This document shows, in pieces, positions 23,373-36,307 of a DNA stretch of 64,000 nucleotides (position 1 is the stretch's first letter; each line of letters starts with the position of its first letter). The stretch is taken from NCBI GenBank assembly GCA_038087875.1, contig JAXLNO010003819.1, positions 248,001 to 312,000 on the forward strand, in the 5' to 3' direction. The stretch comes from Malacoraja senta. Lineage: Eukaryota. The position numbers and the translations under genes are program-made. The notes under the pieces are model-generated. The model saw only the letters and a program-made list of their open reading frames with translations, did no database searches and was not told where the DNA came from.

Positions 23373-25128
23373 GCTTTCAACAGATTTGACTGCCCCACAC
23401 CACCCCAGTCTCCCCCACCTGGTCTGCTGACCATTGCTGCTTCCTCTCCACCTCCCCTCCCTCTCTCCATCGTCTCCATCACTCCTGAGATGTCACCTGT
23501 GCGGAATCCCCTCTTTCCACCTCCCATTCCACCAGCAGCCCCACCTATGACTCTTCATACTGCTCAGGTCAAGATGATGCTGGACAGACTGAAGCCAGGG
23601 AAAGCAGTGGGGCCTGATGACACCAGCCGAAGACTACTGAAGACCTGCTCTTCAGAGCTGTGTGGTATTGTAACACACCTGTTCAACCTGAGCTTGCGTC
23701 TACAGAAGGTTCCAAGGCTGTGGAAAACATCTTGCCTGGTACCTGTCCCAAAGAAGACCCATCCCACTCACCACAATGACTACAGACCAGTAGCGCTCAC
23801 TTCACGTATTATGAGACATTTGAGAGATTTGTCCTTTCCTACATCAGGACTAGTGTGTCAAATCAAATGGATCCTTTACAGTTTGCATATCAGCCTAACA
23901 ACAGTGTCGATGATGCCCTCATTTACATGCTGCAGAGGGTGTACACACATTTGGACACTACTGATGCATCTGTAAGGATTACGTTTTTTGACTTCTCAAG
24001 CGCCTTCAACACAATTCATCCCCGACTGCTAGTGGAGAAGATGGAGAAGATGAAAGTGGATCCATCACTGGTACTGTGGTGTTTGGATTACCTTTCCCTC
24101 AGACCACAGTACGTGCGCCTACAGAACAACAATGTCTCAAGCACCATCTTGAGCAGCACAGGGGCTCCACAAGGAACTGTGCTGGTTCCATTCCTGTTTA
24201 CCATCTACACAGCGGATCTCCGATATAATACCAACAGCTGCTTTTTGCAGAAATTTTCGGATGACACAGCTGTTGTCGGCCTCATTAAAGGGGGCAATGA
24301 GGAGGAGTATAGAGACATGATAAGTAACTTTGTGGAGTGGAGTGCACCCAATTACCTCCTTCTTAACACCACAAAAACCAAGGAGATAGTTGTGGACTTC
24401 AGGAGGGGAAGGAGAAGGACTCAAGCAACACCAATCACCATTAAGGGCACTGAGGTGGAGGTGGTCGCTAACCACAGGTACCTTGGTGTGCAGCTTGACA
24501 GTGAGCTGGACTGGAAGTGTAATATGGAGGCGGTGTACAGGAAGGGACAAAGCCGACTGTATTTTTTAAGGAGGCTGAGGGCATTTAACATCTGCCAACC
24601 CCTACTGTGCAGTGTCTACCATTCAGTGGTGGCCAGTGCTCTGTTTTTTGCGGTGGCCTGTTGGGGAGATGGCGCCCGCATAGCGGACAAAAACAGGCTG
24701 GACAAGCTGATCAGGAAGGCCGGCTCAGTGGTCGGGGCTGAGCAACGAACGGTCCAGCAGGTGGCAGAGGCCAGAACTCTCAACAAACTGGGTTCTATAA
24801 TGACCAACCCCACTCACCCACTCCATGCCCTGAAGGTGATCAAGAGCAGCATCTTCAGTCAGAGACTGATTGCACCAATGTGCAAAACTGACAGACATAG
24901 GAAGTCCTGTTTACCAGCTGCTATAAGGTTATATAATGCGCATAAATAACTGCACTTTTTTATTCTTTAATTGTATTTTAACTTGTATGTTAACTTGCAT
25001 TTTAACTTGTTAAGTATGGCAGCTATTTGAGGAAATGTGTGGTGTTATGTCTGTCTTGAAGCTGTCGTGGCACTGTAATTTCCTGCAAAGGATTATTAAA
25101 GGTATAATCAATCAATCAATCAATCAAT
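23373..25128 (+). mobile_element. Rex/Babar-like non-LTR element nested in CR1
   Basis: ORFs 23490-23975 and 23855-24949 (frameshift near 23815): KAVGPD, DYRPVALTS, FDFSSAFNTI, GAPQGTVL, FSDD; tail (AATC)n at 25107-25128. Confidence 0.92.
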
Positions 25129-26200
25129 CGAACCTGCCTGCCAGAATGCGGATCCCTCACCTGTTAAGATGCAATCCGTTCCTTTTGTACAGCCCCCCTT
25201 ACTCCAAAACAGATCCCAGTGATCTAAGAATCTAAATCCCTGCCCCCTGCACCAGTTCCTCAGCCACACATTCAGGTCCCGTACCTCCCTGTTTCTGCTC
25301 TCGCCAGCACGAGGAAGTGGAAGCAAACCGGAGATAACAACTCTGGATGTCCTGCTTTTCAGCATTTTTCCGAGCTCTCTAAAGTGACGCTGCAGAATAT
25401 TCATCCCCTTCTTTCCGAGGTCGTTTGTGCTGACATGCACTACCACTTCCGGCTGTTCACCTTCGCCCTTGAGGATTTTCTGCACTCTGTCCGTGACATC
25501 CTGCATCCTGGCACCAGGAAGGCAGCACACCATCCTCGAATCCCGTCTATTGCCGCAGAAACCCCTGTCCGTACCTCTCACAATGGAGTCTCCAACTACA
25601 ATGGCGTTGTCTGACGTTGGCCTCTTTGGATTTGGCTCAACAGCCCTTTTTGCTTCGCAAGCCAGCGCGCCGCTCAGTGTGATAACGTATTCTGTCCCGA
25701 CAGCTTCTAAGTGGGTGAACCTGTTCACAAGATGTACAACACCCGGGGACGTTTGCATTCCATGTTTACCTCCCTTTCTCACCGTCACCCACCTTCTCTC
25801 TTCCAGTACCTTACATGTAACAATCGTACTGTAGGAAAAGGAACGACTCAGTTTCTCGGACGAACCTGAGGTCATCCACTTGCTTCTCCAGTTCCCCAAC
25901 ACTGTCCTTCACGAGCTGTACCTGGATGTACTTCTCACATTTGTAGCAGCGGTGTCCTTGACCTCCCACATACTGAAAGCATCACACTGAATCAGCTTAC
26001 CTGATGTGTCCTTATTTCGTCTCTCCCTCTCCAGCGTTTTGCGTAGCCTCCTCTCCTCAGCCTGCTCGCCGAAGACTCTCGAGGCAAAGACTCACACATT
26101 TCTCACAGGGCACTTCACTCACAAGGCCGCTCACTCACTGCCGCTCCCTAAGAGCCGTCTTGCTTATATTGACTGATAAATTATCTTTGTTGCAGTTGCT
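25129..26200 (-). mobile_element. CR1 ORF1 (zinc-finger/zipper relic + SGNH esterase) and 5' region
   Basis: ORF 25120-25902: IVVGDSIVR, VCCLPGAR, HVSTND, FLDHW; joins 23372 (cagtggcaaac|ctgcctgccag). Confidence 0.9.
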
Positions 26201-26669
26201 TCAAAATCCACGGGAGCTCTGAGTAAAGTCTGCCTGTGCTTTGCCTCTCCTTTTCAACTCTTTTCCCCCTCTGACTCACTTCTACCTCTCCTCCCACTCG
26301 GGCTAGAGCCAATCAGTGTTTTCTCCTGATCTGTTCTGTAGTCATGTCTACTATGTTCTGATGTGCTGAAGAAAAGCAAGAATGTCATTGTCCTATCAGG
26401 GACACATGACAATAAATTCTCTTGAATGTTGAATCTTGAATGATCACATTGAATGGCGGTGTTGGCTCGAAGGGCCGAATGGCCTACTCCTTCGCCGATT
26501 GACTATTGAAAAGGAGCTAATCAGCCACTCTCCAACTCCGTCTTATATGCAGGACCTTCTCTCTCTGCTTCCAGACCCATAAACTAATTTACTGCACAAA
26601 CACATGTGTTACTTTTTAAGCTAGGGGTCTAGACTGTTGCAAGTAAATTAACAGGCACAATCCTCGGCA

Positions 26670-26815
26670 ACGTGCAGGCTCAGCTATCGTTTCGTTGAAC
26701 ACCTCCGCTCAATTCGCCTAAAATTGCTTGATCTCCCGCTTACTAAACACTTTAACTCCCCCTTCCATTCCACACTGACCTCTCTGTGCTGGGTCTCCTG
26801 CATTGTTGGAGGAGT
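26670..26815 (+). mobile_element. Penelope-like element fragment (GIY-YIG end)
   Basis: Translates YRFVEHLRSIRLKLLDLPLTKHFNSPFHSHTDLSVLGLLHC. Confidence 0.75.
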
Positions 26816-28542
26816 CAAAATTGTCCCCTCTTACTTTTTGCTCGAATCTGCTTGACAACGTAACCTGCTTCTGCAAAGTATTTTACACTTCAACCGCGTG
26901 GAGAGTTTACGAATAGCCACGGCGTTTTTAAAACCCTTGCCTCCCGGTTCCTCCTCATTCTGTTGCTCAAACTGCAGACGGTCACACAAACCCTGGCGGT
27001 CAGTTAAGCCCGCGGGAGACTGCGGGGTGAGAACAATGGAGCAAACAGTGAGCTAGCAATGAAGAACAGAGGAATGTACTGGTGGCAATCTAGTGAAGCT
27101 GTATCCTGTTGCGTTCGCCTTACCTTGTAAATGTTATTGTTGTAAAAGTTACAAGCATTAGCTGTGCTAGCCGGTTTAATGCCACTGGTCCAATGTTTAT
27201 CCTCCAAGAAAGTGGATGCATGCTGGTGCTTCTGAACTCCTGCACCAACTCGTGCATTTATGAAGGGCGCAGACCAAATTCCGAGAGTAGTTGAAGAATA
27301 CGGCTAAATACCCGCTGGGTCTATTTAGACGAATGTTTACATATTGTGAACGTCTCTAAAGTAAGCGGGTAATTTACATTTTATTTTCACTATCACAGTT
27401 AATGCGAGTGAACTCATAAGGGAGGGTGTTATATGGTGATATGGTTATGTCATTGGGGCAGTCAAGAAGACCTGTAGAATATTGCGAGCTAAATTTCCAT
27501 CAAAGTTTACCTATATATCCTGTTCACTCTTTTAAGCGAATGTTGACGATATAGGGCAGAAATAATTTGTTTGGGGGCACAAATAGTTAGTGAATCTAAT
27601 AGGATGCTGTGTTGCTTCAGTGGGGAAGGAGGGAGCTAGTTGCAGTTCTATACGTGACCGCGCGAGGGCGCGTTCCTTTTAGAACTGGTACTTCACAGTT
27701 GCATCCGATGAAATCAGTGCTTCGTTGTATTGTCTTCGAGTAACACATCTAGTACCTGTTCTTTTACACAAAGACCCCCTATAGAAATTTAAATCTCTGG
27801 TAAAATAAAATTTTAATGGCATAAATCAAGGCCACTAAGCAAGTCATTCTGCTGTCTATTAAATTGGACATAGAGATTCCTGTTTTATACCAATGTCATT
27901 AGAATCGACGTCTGAGATTTTCTTCATTTTAGTCCATGTTACATTGTGCAGCTTACACTGAGTGATGCAATGAAGCCCGGGTAACTGATCGTATAGATGT
28001 AGACCCTATTTTCTTAGAAGAACGCTGTCCACGTGCTGGTCGTACATTGTTGGAACAAACTCATCTCGTTTGTGGTTGCAAATAAAATGTGACAGCCCAG
28101 ATATTTAACTTTCTATTAATTTAATTGGGACAATGGAATGAGGCAGGAATATACAGTGGACTGCGCCTTGTTTCACACCACGCCGTGAGCTTTTCTGGTA
28201 TTTCTGTTCCAGGCACTCCCAGTACTATGTCCCATAATACACTGTCAGGACTGGTCCCATGTGAAGCCCGGCTCCTTCTGTGCAGCCTCATCAAAAACAT
28301 TCCCATTCAATTCCCCCATGGATCACATTCAGCGACTTTGTTTCAAGTCATAAAATGATATAGCACGTAAACAGACCCTTCGGTCGAACGTCCATGCCGA
28401 TCAAAATGTCCCATTCCAGGTAATCCCATTTGCCCGCGGTCCCCGTTAAATCAATCCTATCCATTTGCCCGCTCAAATGTATTTCAAATAGTATTATACA
28501 TCCTGTCTCCACTATCTCCTCTGGCAGTTAGTTCCTTGTCGA

Positions 28543-29230
28543 CAATAGACTAAAGACAATAGACAATAGGTGCAGGAGGAGGACATTCGGTTATTTGAGC
28601 CAGCACCGCCATTCACTGTGATCATGGCTGATCATCCACGTTCAGTGCCCCGTTCCTGCCTTCTCACCATATCCGCTGACCCCGCTATCTTTAAGAGCTC
28701 CATCTAACTATCTCTTGAAAACATCCAGAGAATTGGCCTCCACTGCTTTCTCAGGCAGCGAATTCCACAGATTCACAACACTCTGAGTGAAAATGGTTTC
28801 CCTCATCTACGTTCGAAATAGCCTACACATTCTTAAACTGTGGCCCCTAGTTCTGGGCTCTCTCAACATCGGGAACATGGTTCCTACCTCCAGCGTGTCC
28901 AATCCTTTAATAATATTTTATGTTTCAATAAGATCCCCTCTCATCTTACTAAATTCCAGCGTATACAAGCCCATCCGCTCGATTCTATCCACATATGACA
29001 GTCCCGCCATCTCTGGAATTAACCTCGTGAACGTACGGTGCACTCCTTCAATAGCAAGAATGCCGTTCCTCAAACCTGGAGACCAAAACTGCACACATTA
29101 CTCCAGGTGTGGTCTCATTAGGGCTCTGAACAACTGCAGAAGGACCTCTTGCTCCTATACTCACTTCCTCTTGTTATGATGGCCAACGTGCAATTAGCTT
29201 TCTGCACTGCTCCTGTACCTGCATGCTTAC
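28543..29230 (-). mobile_element. CR1 3' fragment
   Basis: (TAGACAA)n tail at 28543-28567; the plus-strand ORF 28787-29179 is antisense to the CR1 RT C-terminus. Confidence 0.88.
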
Positions 29231-29444
29231 TTTCAGTGAGTGATGAACAAGAATCCCCAGGTGATACCCATCACCTTCTCAAGTGCAAAGGTTTCCTTCC
29301 CGTTCCTGTTAAATATTTCCCCTCTCTCCTTTAACCTAATTCCTCTGGTTCTTTATTCTCCAACTCTGGGTAAAGGACAATGTGCATTCACGTTCTCCAA
29401 TCCGCTAATGATTTCATACACTCAGCCTCCAGCGCTCAAGATAT

Positions 29445-29739
29445 CAGAGATCCGCCGTGGAAACAGGCCCTTCGTCCCACAGAATCCGCGCTTACCAACG
29501 ATCACCAACAGTAGCACTATCCTGCAAGCTAGAGACAAGTTACAATTTGCAGACGTTAAGAATAAACTATATTTCTGTACGTATTTCTAGTCTGGGAGGT
29601 AATCGGAACACCCGGAGAAAACCTAGGCAGTCATCGGGAGAACTCGCAAAATCGCTACTGACAGCACCGTACTCAGGTTCTAATCCGGGTGTCTGACACT
29701 GGAAGGGAGCAACTCTACCGCTACGACACGATGCCGCCT
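29445..29739 (-). mobile_element. tRNA-headed SINE
   Basis: Same body as 469-765 in reverse; head ...ctaccgctacgacacg. Confidence 0.75.
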
Positions 29740-30656
29740 AATTTAGTCCTACCCAGCTCAACCGATCCTTTTTGCGTAATCGCTCGAGGGAGAATAGTAG
29801 AGCTGTGATCTACAACACCCTTCTAGTGAAGGGGTTGTTATGTTGCTGTTGTGGGGAATTCCCAGACTATAGCGATGCAGAGAAGTAATTCAGTACCGGC
29901 TCATTGAGCAAAAACAGTAATTACTGCTTTAAGGTATTTGCATATATGTGCAGTCGCCCATTGGGAAAGGCGCCAGGCGTATTTAAAGTGTTTAATTTTA
30001 CTGCCCTCACGTGACTATCCATCAAGGGATTTACTTTAGCAGTTGCTGTAGCTACGCATCTGGTGTCCAGTGATATATCCAGCGACTCAGATCTGGATTA
30101 CTCAGTAGGGCCCAATGGTGAACTACCCACCTATATTACTGGTAATCCGCCATATACGTTAGTATATTTTGGTTTATAGACTTCCTATTCTTCCCGAGTC
30201 CCGGACGATTTTGCTGCTATTAGTAAAGGTCAATCACTACCTGAAATTAGAAAGTCTGTCAGGGTGTCGGTAAAGTGGAATTGGTTAACGTAATTCTGAC
30301 AATTCCGGGCCAGCCCATCCTCCATCCAGTGACACCCACGGTTCTATAACTAAAACATATAATTCTGCAGTTATTAAACAGGTTATCCAGGACCGAGAGA
30401 AGGTGAGACAGAACAAACGTTTCAGATCTCTGGTCACATTTCCTATCCCGCTGCCAAGTGTCGTAAGAGCTCTTGTAATTATCTGCAGCTATTGGCTAAT
30501 GATATGGAAACGGATTCCGGAGAAGCAGCTCGCAGTTGGAAACAATCAAACCACCAGGACACCTGCACAGAATGAAAGCAAACCGACAACTGAGAGAGAA
30601 GAGTAAATCAGGCACATCCAACCGCATCAGCGGAGCAGAGAGCAAGACAACGGCGA

Positions 30657-30694
30657 TGTTTTTGTAAGGGTCTTAACTTGTTTCCATCACTGTG
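30657..30694 (-). other. RSS of V1 (22-nt spacer)
   Basis: CACAGTG (30694-30688) + ATGGAAACAAGTTAAGACCCTT + ACAAAAACA (30665-30657). Confidence 0.95.
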
Positions 30695-31160
30695 AGCCAC
30701 AGTGCGCAGTAATAGACTGCAGAGTCGCTGAGATCCAGCCCTGAGATACTCAAACTGGTGAACTTAGTCGCTGTATTGAGCTCAATAGAGAAACGAGTAT
30801 CAGCGTATTGGGCCTTATCTTCATTGTCGTTGGTGTCTCTCCACATAGTAAACTCGGGCTGCATGCCTGGATATTGTCGGTACCATAATAAAGTATATCC
30901 ACTCCATGTGGTATCATAGTTACAGGTTAAAGTCACCGCTTCTCCTTTTGTCTTCTTCGCCGTGTGCAGTGGCTGTGTGACAGATTCTCCGTGAATCATG
31001 ACTGTAAAATAAATATATTGAGATAGTAACAGACACCGGAGTCTCATGAGATTGCACTTCTCAAAACCTGAATGAGAAAGGCGAGGGGAACTGAAAAATT
31101 TGATCCCGAATTACCTGTCAGAAACGCTCCCCACCCAACACAGATGCCGAGGAAACGCAT
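30695..31160 (-). CDS. TRAV/DV: TCR alpha/delta V segment V1, intact (leader exon 31160-31115, V exon 31001-30695)
   Basis: Leader MRFLGICVGWGAFLT G|gtaatt; 113-nt intron; ...tttacag|. V exon ESVTQP...VTLTC...LLWYRQYPG...RFSIE...LSDSAVYYCALW with Cys23, Trp41 and Cys104 present; RSS follows. Confidence 0.95.
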
Positions 31161-31484
31161 TTTACCCGTTCACTCTGTACCAGCAGCGTTCCAAACTTGA
31201 AGCGACACAAACTGATGCGTTTTCTCAGTCAAAGCGCGGCTCCTGGTCACCGGATGTTCGCTGTCACTGCCCTGTGCCCCCAGTGATGGAGTCAGAGATG
31301 TGGGTGGGCAGCGGGGTCTCAGCCAATTGAAATACACGTAGCCGGAGTCCAGCTTTGCCCCCGAGAGTAGTCGCATCCGCTTGAACAAACCGTGGTTGAG
31401 GAAGACATATTTGTTCTTGTAACCGGTAGTGAAGGTGCGAAGCCTGAGATTGTTAAACGGAACAATAATAATGTGCATATTCAC

Positions 31485-31835
31485 AAATGGAATAGATCGG
31501 GTAAACTCACAGAGTCTCTTGGCCAGATTAGGGTGATAGAGAAACAGAGAAAATAGATTTAAGGTCAGTGGGGAGGAAGATTTAATAGAGACCAGAAGGG
31601 TAACGTTTTAATACAAAGGGGGCTTATGGAACGAGCTGCCGGAGGTAGTAGTTAAGGCAGGCACAATCGCAAAGTTTAAGAAGAACGTTGACATGTGCAT
31701 GGATAGAACATATGTTGAGGGATAGGGGCGAAACACATGCAGGTAGGACTAGTGTAGATGGAACATGTTGGCCGGTGTGGGCAAGTTGGGTCGAAAGGTG
31801 TGTTTGCGCGCTGTAAGACCCTATGATGCCATGAT
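31485..31835 (+). mobile_element. CR1 3' fragment
   Basis: atagatcgggtaaactcacagag...ggaacgagctgccggagg...gcaagttgggtcgaaagg, a typical CR1 terminus. Confidence 0.8.
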
Positions 31836-31849
31836 ACTAAAAAACACAA

Positions 31850-31977
31850 CAGTATTAACGGCATCCGTCCAAAGGCGACAGTTGTACAGTCGTTTCGGCA
31901 GTGTCGAGAAAACATCAGTATTAACGGCATCGTCCAAAGGCGACAGTTGTACAGTCGCTTCGGCAGTGTCGAGAAAA
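31850..31977. repeat. Two-copy tandem repeat, period 66 nt
   Basis: cagtattaacggcatc(c)gtccaaaggcgacagttgtacagtcg(t/c)ttcggcagtgtcgagaaaa at 31850 and 31916. Confidence 0.9.
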
Positions 31978-33504
31978 GGGGAGTTAGTACGATGTTTTGA
32001 TGTTTTAATTGAGAAATGCACGTGATTTCGATATGAAGTATATTACAAGCAAAGCCAGAAGGATGTACAAGGAGACATTTTCAATCAATGTTTCCAGTTC
32101 CACTCTCCCTTCATCTGCCATGTTTTGGCATATGAAATTCATTCCTGAGGACCTCATCACACCGAGTCCACGCCGACCACCGATGATCAGATAAGTTTCG
32201 TTCCGTGTTATTTCACTTTTCCATCTATTCCTTTCACACTTGGTGTATGATTACAGAGGCCAATTAACCTAAAACATCACACCTATTTGGGATACGGGAG
32301 GAAATCAGAGCACCTGGACGATACCGACACGGTCACAGCGAGACGGGAAAACTCCACTCAGACATCACCCGAGTACAGGATTGATCCCGGGTCTCTGAAG
32401 CTTTGAGGCAGCAGCTGCGCCACTGTGCCGACAAAATGTGTGAATTGTTTTTATAAAGAGTGCAGCTGGGTGATTGTTGAACTTTAACCACAGCTAGCCG
32501 GCAATATAGGTTTGGAATTTCCATGAGTTGCAGCAGTATATCGAGTGGTCTGGTGATCTGCATTCTGCGCACAGACCGCTGCTGCCTGGATTCGGTTCGT
32601 GGTCAGGGGTTATGGCGGGTTTTTTCTATCTCCTGTGGAAACACTATTAGACCGCGCAACGTTCACTCTGTGTAGTATCAGCGTCGCCGCCACCACGTGA
32701 ACAGTCAGCAGCTCACTAACATTTAAAATGATATACTTAAGCAAAATACACAAACATTATTGCGATTATTAACATAATCGCGATAGGTTCAGGCGGCCAG
32801 GGGTTTCAGAGTCAAATTAATATTGAGATTAACATTCAAAATATATCTCCAAAATCAAAGAAAATATAAGCTAACAAGGGCCCACAAATCATCTTTTCCA
32901 ATATGCTAACTATACAACGTGTTGTCCGTCATGTAAACAAACCACTGGGTATTGGAAGATAATTCAAATGCACTCTCGCTCACTTGCTCGCGGAGTGGCG
33001 TGGATATCAGGGCAGTTGTGGAGGAGCAGCCATGAATTGAGAAATCGCAAGATTTGACTGGGTCTTTACATGGAAATGGTTCCCCCTTCACAGACCTCGA
33101 CTATGGGAAAAACAACTGCGATTATTGTGAATTGTAGGAACAGTCATAGTGCGTCAAGGTTTTGTATTTTCAATATATATACTTTATTCGAGAAATAAAT
33201 ATATATAATACATGATCCTTACAAAACCCCATCCGACACTCTCGGAGGCTAAACATACATTCAATACTGTTTACACAAATTACACAATTTTACCTCCCAC
33301 CTAAGGGGTCACAAGTAACATTAGCAAATTTGCAGATGACACAAAGCTGGGTGGCAGTGTGAACTGTGAGGAGGATGCTATGAGAATGACTTCGACAGGT
33401 TAGGTGAGTGGGCAGATGCGTGACAGAAGCAATTTAATGTGGGTAAATGTGAGGCTAGCCACATCATTAATGTGAGGTTAGCCAAGTAATTCCACATCAA
33501 TGTA

Positions 33505-33945
33505 TTTTCAATGCATTCCGATGATTGCGCCCTAATATCTGGAATAACGTCACAAGCGGTCCCCCTGACTGTTTTATTGATAAAAACATCGCTCAAAATA
33601 TAACTATTTGATCAAGGTCATTTCTTGCTGATATTTATTTCTCGTCAATTGGCACGTTATACGTTAAAATTTCTTATGATTCTCTTCATGAAGTGCCAAT
33701 AGGTGAAAGATATTAATGCCGCTGCTGTATCCAATTATATTCGCTCCCACCTAGACAGGTCCATGTGATTTACATCATTTAGACCGCTGCACAGGAACCA
33801 TTCTCGTTTGTTTTGAAGAGAAGCTCCAAGCGAAATCCAGGAAAATATTATTATTGGGAACATGTCAAGTGAATTCAACAGTGTCTGGGAAGAGCAGTAG
33901 AAAGGTAGCAAATACAATATTACATCGCAGCATGTGTTGATAAGT
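33505..33945 (+). repeat. Third, more diverged copy of the GPCR upstream segment
   Basis: Colinear with about 9684-10120 and 36136-37035 (caatgcatt...ccctaatatctg, gaagtgcc...gaaagata, gaaatccagg, cgcagcatgtg.ggataa). Confidence 0.7.
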
Positions 33946-33959
33946 GATCAGAAGTTCAT

Positions 33960-34830
33960 AAATGATAGGTGCAGAATTAGGCCACTAGGCCCATCAAGCC
34001 TACTTCGCCATTTAATCATGGATGATCCATCTCTCCCCCCCAACCCCATCTTCCTACCTTCTCCCCATAACCCCTGACACTCGTACTAATCAATAATCCA
34101 TCTATCTCTGCCTTAAATATATAAATTGACGGCTTCCACAGCCTGATGTGGCAAATAACTCCACAGATTCACCACCCTTTAATTAAATTAATTCTTCCTC
34201 CTTCTTCCCAAAGGAACGCCATTCCATTTTGAGGCTATGGCCCATGGTCGAAGACTCTCCCTCTAGTGGAATCATCCTCTCCACGTCCACTCTATGCAAA
34301 CCTTTCACTATTCGATAAGTTTCAATGTGGACCCCCATGATGCTTCCAAACTCCCGCGAATGTCGTGAAACGCTCATCATATTTTAACCGACTCATTTGC
34401 TGGGATCGTTGTTGTAAACGTACTCTGGACCCTATCAGGAACTGGCACATCCTTCCACAGATATGGTACCCACAATTGCTCACATTACTCCAAAAGCGAC
34501 CTGACCAGTGCCTGATAGTGCTTCAGTATTGCATACCTATATTTGTATTCTTGCCCTATTGAAATAAATGTTAGCATTTCGTTTGCCTTCCTTACTACCA
34601 ATTCGATTTGCAAATTACCTGGTTTGGGAATCCTGCACTAGCACTCTTAAGTCCCTTTGCACCTTCGATTTCTGGATTCTCTCTCCATTTTGGAAATGGT
34701 CTACGCCTTTAGGCCTACTACCAAAATACATGGCTCCACACTTTGCTACTCAATATTCCATCTGCCACTTCTCTGCCCACTCTCCCAACCTATCCAAGTC
34801 CTTATGTAAAATCCCAGCTTCTGTATGGAG
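33960..34830 (-). mobile_element. CR1 fragments
   Basis: ORF 34183-34380 (ETYRIVKGLHRVDVERM) and adjacent RT remnants. Confidence 0.75.
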
Positions 34831-36307
34831 CATACTGCCGGAGGAGGTAATTGAGGCAGGTACTGTCGCAACGTTTAAGAAATATTGCTACAGTTACATG
34901 GATAATATATGTTAAGAGGAATATGGGCCAATCGTAGGCAGGTGGGGTGTGCAAATGGGGTACGTTGGGCATCGTGGGCAGGTTGGGCCGGAGGACTATT
35001 TTTCACGCTGCATGACACTAGACCTCTTTGCCAAGATCGAAGAACAAGTCACTTTCCCCTTGTGCAAGGCGCAAGTTTCTGGAGTTAACATCCGAGTCTT
35101 CAACTTTACTCGATCTCTCTTCCTCTTCGTTTGGAAGACAATTCGGCATATCGACGCCTGTCTTGGTTATATTGGCTCTCGCGATAACGTTCAAAATTTT
35201 AAATGTCAACTCACAACATCATTCGCTCCAGAGAAATAATAAATCCTGACCTATACAGTCTCTATCGGAATTGAACGTCTCCAGTCCTGGCAAATTCTTT
35301 GTCATTAATAATCTGCCACTCTCCAGAGTAATGGTATCATTGCTAACATATTGCGATCTGAACAACATTGCACGTGCTGTCTCGCCAACGTCCCAGACCA
35401 GATGGTTATACTCCACTTATATCCAACTGCATGCGACTCCGGAAGTGAAATAAGTCCACACCTTAAGATGGCTGAGGGAAACAATATCCTACAATCCCCA
35501 TACAAATTGAATCGCATTGCATGCAATTCGATTGCTCATGAACAAGATGGAGAAAAAGCCTTGTTTCCGTGCCTTATAACACACAACTACCACGTACAGT
35601 GAGAGTTCGTTCAATATACCTGCCCCTCCCGTGAGGAAGGATTGGCGCTGCGTCCCCTTTAAATATTTACCGTCTCATTTTAAACTCCTGCCCTCTTTTA
35701 GAGACCTAAATCCGAGGAACAAAATTAAATACCTCCACTGATCATCACCTTGTCTTATTTTAACCCTCCATAACTCCCCGTGGTCTTGTTCGTTGCAGAG
35801 GGAAACCTCTGCATTATCAAGTCCATCTCACAATTTACACCGTCCAATATTAGTATCATTCTTGTGAATAGAGTTACATACCGCCTAGTTTAAATGGATC
35901 CTTAATGAATTATTTCGAAAGTAATATCTCTGTTCCTGTGCTGTACTGCTCTGTGAAGTTTTTTTTCAGTGAATTGCTTGGTTTGAGTGCAGCAGACATG
36001 ACACTTCTTTCTTGGGTCAAGACTTTCTTCAGAATGATCTATCCCCAAACATGTACCGCCGGTCAGAGTCTCCTTAACCCAATCAATTAGTTCTATAATC
36101 TTGCACATCAACATTCGTGATATCTCCAAAGGACCAATGCATTGAGAAGATGTCACCCTAATATCTGGAATAACATCAAAAGCTGTTCACCTCTGTGTTT
36201 TATTAATTAACACATTTTTTAAAGATAATCTGTGGATCAAGATTATTTCTAGCCGATGTTTATTTCCAGTCAGTTGTCATGATACACATTATATTTGCCT
36301 ATTCTTT

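Noticed and set aside
30000-30300. Possible decayed plus-strand V (GFT..., YIQR..SGL, VPD.F)
   Set aside because: Requires several frameshifts and stop reversals; no leader, Cys104 or RSS.
31850-31977. CRISPR-like repeat
   Set aside because: Eukaryotic DNA; only two units with no unique spacers.
32906-33091. ORF with FSI...TTALIS...SESA resembling V FR3
   Set aside because: No YYC, no Trp41, and only a CCCAGTG heptamer without a nonamer.
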